Origin: Oopsacas minuta
Lineage: Eukaryota > Animalia > Porifera
Direction: 5' to 3'
Assembly (NCBI GenBank): GCA_024704765.1
Contig: JAKMXF010000085.1
Span: 27,745 to 81,657 of the forward strand
Length of the DNA: 53,913 nucleotides
Below are positions 48,961-53,913 of this stretch, in pieces. The translations under genes and the position numbers were made by a program. Position 1 is the first letter of the stretch. Every line of letters begins with the position of its first letter. The notes beneath the pieces are model-generated. The model did no database searches, had not been told where the DNA came from, and saw nothing but the letters and a program-made list of their open reading frames with translations.

Positions 48961-51900
48961 CAGTGGCGTAGCCAAGGGGGCGGCCAGCCGGGGCCAGGTC
49001 CGGGTTAGCGCAGCTGAAGCCCCGGTTGTCGCACCTATTGTGGGGCCCACGACCTCACTATTTCAATCTTTGGGGATGCTGCAAGGGCTTATCCATCCTC
49101 AAGAGGAAGTCCAAATATATTCTTTTCTAATGAATACGGCTGCATTACTGCTCTATTATTGTTCAACCATAGCTTTGTAAAATCTCAATAGACTGATATT
49201 TTCGAGTTTTTTTATTAATTTCAAATAAGTGCAACCTCGATTATCGGACTCGTTGGAACAAGTCCAAAAGTTTCGATAATCGAAGCTCGCTAAAAGATTG
49301 ACAACTATGTAATGAGATAGGAACTGGGGACAGTGGGCATGTTCGGATATTCAGGGTCGCTTTGTTTACATTCCCTTTAGTAATTACAACTAGGTCATCC
49401 AAATGGCTAAGAAGATTGCCTTGACTACTTTATGGAGTACAGAGCCTCTACCCAAAGAGAACGAGATTAAAGAATGCTCAAGTACATCAGAGGAAGAATT
49501 CAGTTGACTGAGTCACAACTATGAGTTGATCAAACTGAAATAGCTTCATCCAGTGAGGACGAATTTATGAATAGTTAAGCAAAGTTACAAGATTCACCAA
49601 CAGCAGGCAGTGCAGAGCGAAGGTTTGAGAGCGGGACTATCCCCACAGATACAACAGAGGAATGTCAAGGTGAGATATCATAGAAACCCTTTATGTACAC
49701 TTATTAACTATATGCATCTTTACATTTCAAATATGTATCACTATAGATATAGCGCTGTACTTATCTGATATACCAAAGCAACCTCGTATTAAATTCCCTG
49801 CAACTAAGTTTGGAGAAAACTCCACCCATTTAATCCAGATTGGTATAAGGCCTACTCTTGGCTTGAATATTCTGTTAACTGAGATGCAGCCTATTGCTTT
49901 CCATGTCGATGGTTTTCCAGTCCCTTGAAGTGGCCAGATGCACCTTTCACACAAGTTGGTTTTAGGGACTGGAAACATGCTACTGGTCAAAAAGGAAGTT
50001 TGATTGAATACAGAAAGAGTATGGCACATGTGGATGCTGTCCATACTTGGGAAGAATTCAAGGTCAACATTCAACATGGAACAACAATAGCTCGTACTCT
50101 AGACAAAATCGGAAAGAATGTGATAAAGGAAATCGTCACTATGTCAAAACCATTGCGGAGATTCCTTCTATGCGCTAAGCAAGAAATAGCACTGAGGGGA
50201 CATGATGAGACCGGAGAGACTTTGAATACTGGAAACTTAGGATCATTACTGACTTTTATTGGTAAGCATGGCCAGATAGTGGGGGAACGTATCAAAGAAG
50301 GTCCACAGAGTGCAAAGTACACGTCACGTGAAATTCAAAACGAGCTTCTGGGCGTAATGAGCGATATGGTTTTGCAGACTATATCCAATGAGGTACAAAA
50401 GGCCGGTATTTACTCATTGCTCGCAGATGGAACCAAAGATATCAGTCGGAAGGAGCAACTTTCAATTGTCTTACGCTATGTAAACAATGGCAGGTTTATG
50501 AGCGTTTTGTTGGGTATACTTTTGCAGAACAAATGGATGCAGAATCACTCTATAAGTATATTTGTAATGCGATTCAGAGCTGCAACCTATTTCCAGAAAA
50601 CTGCGAGTGTCAGTGCTACAACAGAGTATCTTTATGAGTGGCAGGTGTTCAGGTGTCCAGGTCCGATTTAGAGTATCTGCTCCAGTGGCTCTATATATTA
50701 ATTGCTGTGCACATCGCTTGAACTTTGTTCTTGTCGACTCCATAAAGGGTGTACCTATAACACATGACTTCTTCTCGTTATTGGAAGCAGTGTATTTATT
50801 CTTATTGTCTGGGAAGTTTAATGGCTGTTCGAGAAAATTCGAGCGGAACAAAGGCCAGAGAAACAGCCACGCTGGCTCAAACGCCTAATTGAAACGCGTT
50901 GGGCATGCCGTTTTGAGGCGATTAAGACTTTCAAAGAGACTTTTGGAGCCGTATTAACTACACTTGGATCCATTTCTGATGGTGTGCAGCGAGATCGAGC
51001 AATAGAGGCAAAAGGACTTTTTCTTCAGATATTTGAATTTAAATTCGTATTATGCTCAATGATGTTCAACCATATATTCAGTATGACGAACGGTTTGTCA
51101 AAAGCACTTCAGGATCCTGACCTTGATTTTAGTGCTGCAATGTCATTGATTGATGCAGCCTTTGAAACTCTTCAGGCTTGCAGATCAGAGAAACAGTGGA
51201 AAGAAATTGGAATAAAGCTCTTACGGCTGCAGATGATCACGACATCGAAATAAGCAGTTTACCACGAAAAAGAAAGCACAAATTACCTTCTAAAGTGTGC
51301 GATGTCTTACTCACTACTACCGTTGGACATCGAGAAGAGCTTTCAACTGAAGATCAATACTGCGTTAGCATCTATTATCGTGTACTTGATTGCATGATAG
51401 ATGAATTAAACAAGCGTTTAATAACGAATCAAAGTTGTGCATGAAAGGAATTTCGGCTTGCCCTCCCAAGTCACAGAATTTTTTAACTTTGCCACGATCA
51501 AGCCTATGCTTGTAAATCACAAAATTTCCGAGGAAGATGTACAAATTGAGTTGATACAGGCGAAGAAAGTTCTGAGAAATCAACAGATGGAAGATATTCA
51601 TGACATTATTGACAAACTAAGATCACTGAAGGCAGCCATTTCAGAGTTGTTACGGTTACTAGATATAGCGTTAACTATTGCTGTTAGTAGTGCAGCTTGT
51701 GAGTGTCCATTTTCCTCTCTCAAACGAACGAAGACTTATCTGCGCTCAACCATGAGATAATTAAGGCTTAATAATCGGGCCATTTTGTCTATAGAAAACG
51801 ATATTGCTTCTAGTCTTCCATTAGAAGTAGTTGTGGACCGGTTTGCTTTTCAGCACAAGAATCGCAGGATATGCCTGTTGTGATTAGTAATAGTTTGTAA

Positions 51901-52056
51901 ATTGCTAGAATTATTTATAGTGCTAGAATTACTTATTGGATAATATATACTATTATTATCATAGTTGATTGTTTGAATGACTTGTACCGCCAAGAACTAA
52001 AAGTGAAATAGTGCCCCGGCGTCCCCAGTTTGAGCTCAAGGTCTGGCTACCCACTG
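48961..52056 (+). mobile_element. hAT (ZMYM1/Tip100-like), full length, inserted in the RAG1-like gene
   Basis: TIRs cagtggcgtagcca / cagtgggtagcca; perfect 8-bp TSD atgtggta (48953-48960, 52057-52064); TTF finger, RGHDE, LADGTKDISRKEQL, CAHRLN and CECPFSSLKRTKTYLR. Confidence 0.95.
49225..49700. mobile_element. Possible Tigger-like fragment nested in the hAT
   Basis: agtgcaacctcgattatcgga resembles a Tigger TIR; far end not found, so the end coordinate is approximate. Confidence 0.35.
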
Positions 52057-53479
52057 ATGTGGTATATAAGAAGCATAAACCAACGAAAGACACAAGTGTA
52101 GGTATGTAGTCGAGATGCTAGTATTCTATCAATCTCAGATCTTGGTTCGTGTATTAAACCAGAACGATCTTTCGAAGGTAGTAATAAATAGTTTTCTGTG
52201 TCCGCAGTAGAGAATATTTCCTTTGCTGAAGTTATCGTCCTGTTGATCGGAAACCCTGATCGGACAAGTGCTAAATCTGTTAATTCTGCAAAACTTGCAG
52301 TACAAAGTTGGCAACTTGCACCACCTGCTCCACTCAGAATACCAGACATTTTCCCTTCAAACATTGTTCGGAGAATTTTGACTCTAACATTACCATATGG
52401 TAGCTTTAGTCCGTCCTTTTCAATATTAGTCACCTCAGGATTGATCATAAGATCCATCAAGAATTTAGTATTCTTTTCGTTTTCCTTTTGAGCTACTAAT
52501 GCTATTGGCCTGACACAAAATGGTGAATTGGGAATTTGGTTTGACCAAAGGGCATTTCCATCAGAACGAATAATTGATAGCATCTTGAAGGCAAAGGGAA
52601 TGAATTTTTTTGTATTAAATTGTGGGTTCCCATCGAACTGGTTGTAAATTTTATGACAACCGAACCATCCAATCCATCTGCGATGGTAAGCTCTAACGGA
52701 TATTTTGGACCATCGGGACATAAGTTAGATTCAAGTAATCGTAAAGTTGTCTGTTGTAAGATAGATTTGTATGAGATACCAATTCCAATTTTAACTTGAT
52801 CATTGTTCCGAATTTCAATGATCTCAGATGATGCTATCATGGTGGCACGATAATCAGCTACTTTGTTGTATGGGGGGAATATAATATTTTCTGGTCTACA
52901 TAATTTCCTCATGTTAGTGTACTTGCGTTTACCAATCTCAAGAAAATCTAGCAAGAGCACAGATTTGTCAATCGGCAATCGCTTGACGCTAGAAGCAAAT
53001 GTCCCATTGGAAAGAAGGTCTTTACATGAATTAGCTGTTCGTTGATCGTTAGCTTCATTAGAGATTAGTTGTAGAGCTTAGGTAGCTATTGTTTTAGCAT
53101 GAACATTTTCATTTTCTGCTATAGTAGCGATTAAATCCAAAAGTGGTTTTAATCAACATTCGAGAGCCTTCAGCGCCAATTCAGGCAGAGGTTTTCTAGA
53201 CTCCTTTGCAAGGTCAACTGCAAAAACCACTCGCTCTTCTCCAATAATACGTTTCTTTGTGGGACTGGAGGGGTGAGTAGAATAAAACAGGTGTTGTTTC
53301 CATGTAGATAGATCGTTACACTTACTGAAAGCATCACGTTCAGACTTCAATTTGCTGAATCTTCTCCGAATTGAGGAGAATTCGCCATCTGAATGATCAT
53401 ATATCTAGATGGAGGAATCGACTGCCGTTCTGATTGATGGTTAAGAAATATGAAAATCAAATGCTTCCTGGTTATTCAT
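52057..53479 (-). pseudogene. RAG1-like/Transib transposase, N-terminal and central part
   Basis: ATG at 53479 is in frame with ORFs 53153-53350 and 52502-52978 through four stops; one frameshift near 52720; RKPLPEL, LEIGKRKY, ADGLDGS, PNSPFCVRPIAL, MFEGKM, CQLC and LHTYTC. Confidence 0.88.
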
Positions 53480-53913
53480 TTAGAATTTAAAATATTTGCT
53501 AGAAATTTGGTAAATAAAAGTAGTATAAAATGAATTGCTGATATTCTGAAATTCTTAAAAATTAACGGGGCGCTCTATTAAAAATACTGGGTGTTCATTT
53601 GCGGGAGGTTGTTGAGGCTGGATTTTGTTCTAAATTACAGATAATATAATGACAAATCACCCTAAAACTTGATATTCCCTGGCCACGACTGGCTACGGTG
53701 AGTTTGAGGGGTAATTGGACCAAGGTATAATGTGTCCGGATACATTATGTGAGGTCAAAATTAACTGAACCATGGAGCAAATATTCAAGTGAAATACTTA
53801 GCTCTTATCATAATTGAGAAGATTATATTCTGAACTAATAATAGGTGAAAACTTAGAGCTGTCATTCTAATGAGTATTTTTGGATAGAGAGAATTATATG
53901 CCTATGTGTAAAC

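Larger units (their letters stand above)
47387..53913 (-). mobile_element. RAG1-like/Transib transposon no. 1 (about 3.6 kb without the nested hAT; 5' end continues at 35523-35740)
   Basis: acgcg|CACAGTA at 47382-47393; matching ctgtg|acgcg at the displaced end; the flanking hAT halves rejoin in frame across the 5-bp duplication. Confidence 0.8.

Noticed and set aside
48961-49050. N-terminus MGPTIGATTG... of ORF 48247-49050
   Set aside because: Translation of the hAT terminal sequence, not part of the transposase.
2473-53045. Numerous 60-130 aa ORFs antisense to transposase remnants
   Set aside because: Shadow ORFs on the opposite strand or in alternate frames of decayed transposases.
48247-53479. 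Functional or domesticated RAG1 host gene
   Set aside because: Four stops, a frameshift, Asp-to-Glu at the second catalytic position, His-to-Asn in ZnH2 and a 3.1-kb hAT insertion; it is bounded by TIRs and a TSD.
1-53913. Uni-strand piRNA-cluster-like orientation bias
   Set aside because: My rough count is about 17 minus versus 12 plus elements, which is not a convincing bias, and contig order is unreliable.

Overview
AT-rich eukaryotic (animal-type) genomic DNA made almost entirely of nested, decayed class II DNA transposons: Tc1 DD34E, TRT DD37E, maT DD37D, DD41D, mariner DD34D, pogo/Tigger and MITEs, several hAT families, PIF/Harbinger and probable Chapaev3 ends. I can support no intact host gene, RNA gene or CRISPR array. 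Six single Ns (7038, 8348, 22565, 30033, 35407, 43755) and one N run (27411-28288) mark contig joins. Exact end overlaps and split elements show the contigs are mis-ordered: inferred order [28289-30032]>[22566-27410]>[8349-22564]>[7039-8347], and [43756-53913]>[35408-43754]. The main result appears once the order is corrected and a nested hAT is removed: a roughly 3.6 kb RAG1-like/Transib-superfamily transposon with CACAG(TA) termini and a 5-bp ACGCG target-site duplication. Its ~700-codon pseudogenised transposase has an NBD-like motif and a C-terminal Cx2Cx3GH..C tail reminiscent of RAG1L CTT*, but there is no RAG2-like partner. Two further distinct RAG1-like/Transib elements with perfect CACAGTG ends are also present. 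Family names come from motif recognition, not database searches. The organism is not determinable here; the repeat style reminds me of a glass-sponge genome, which is unverified.
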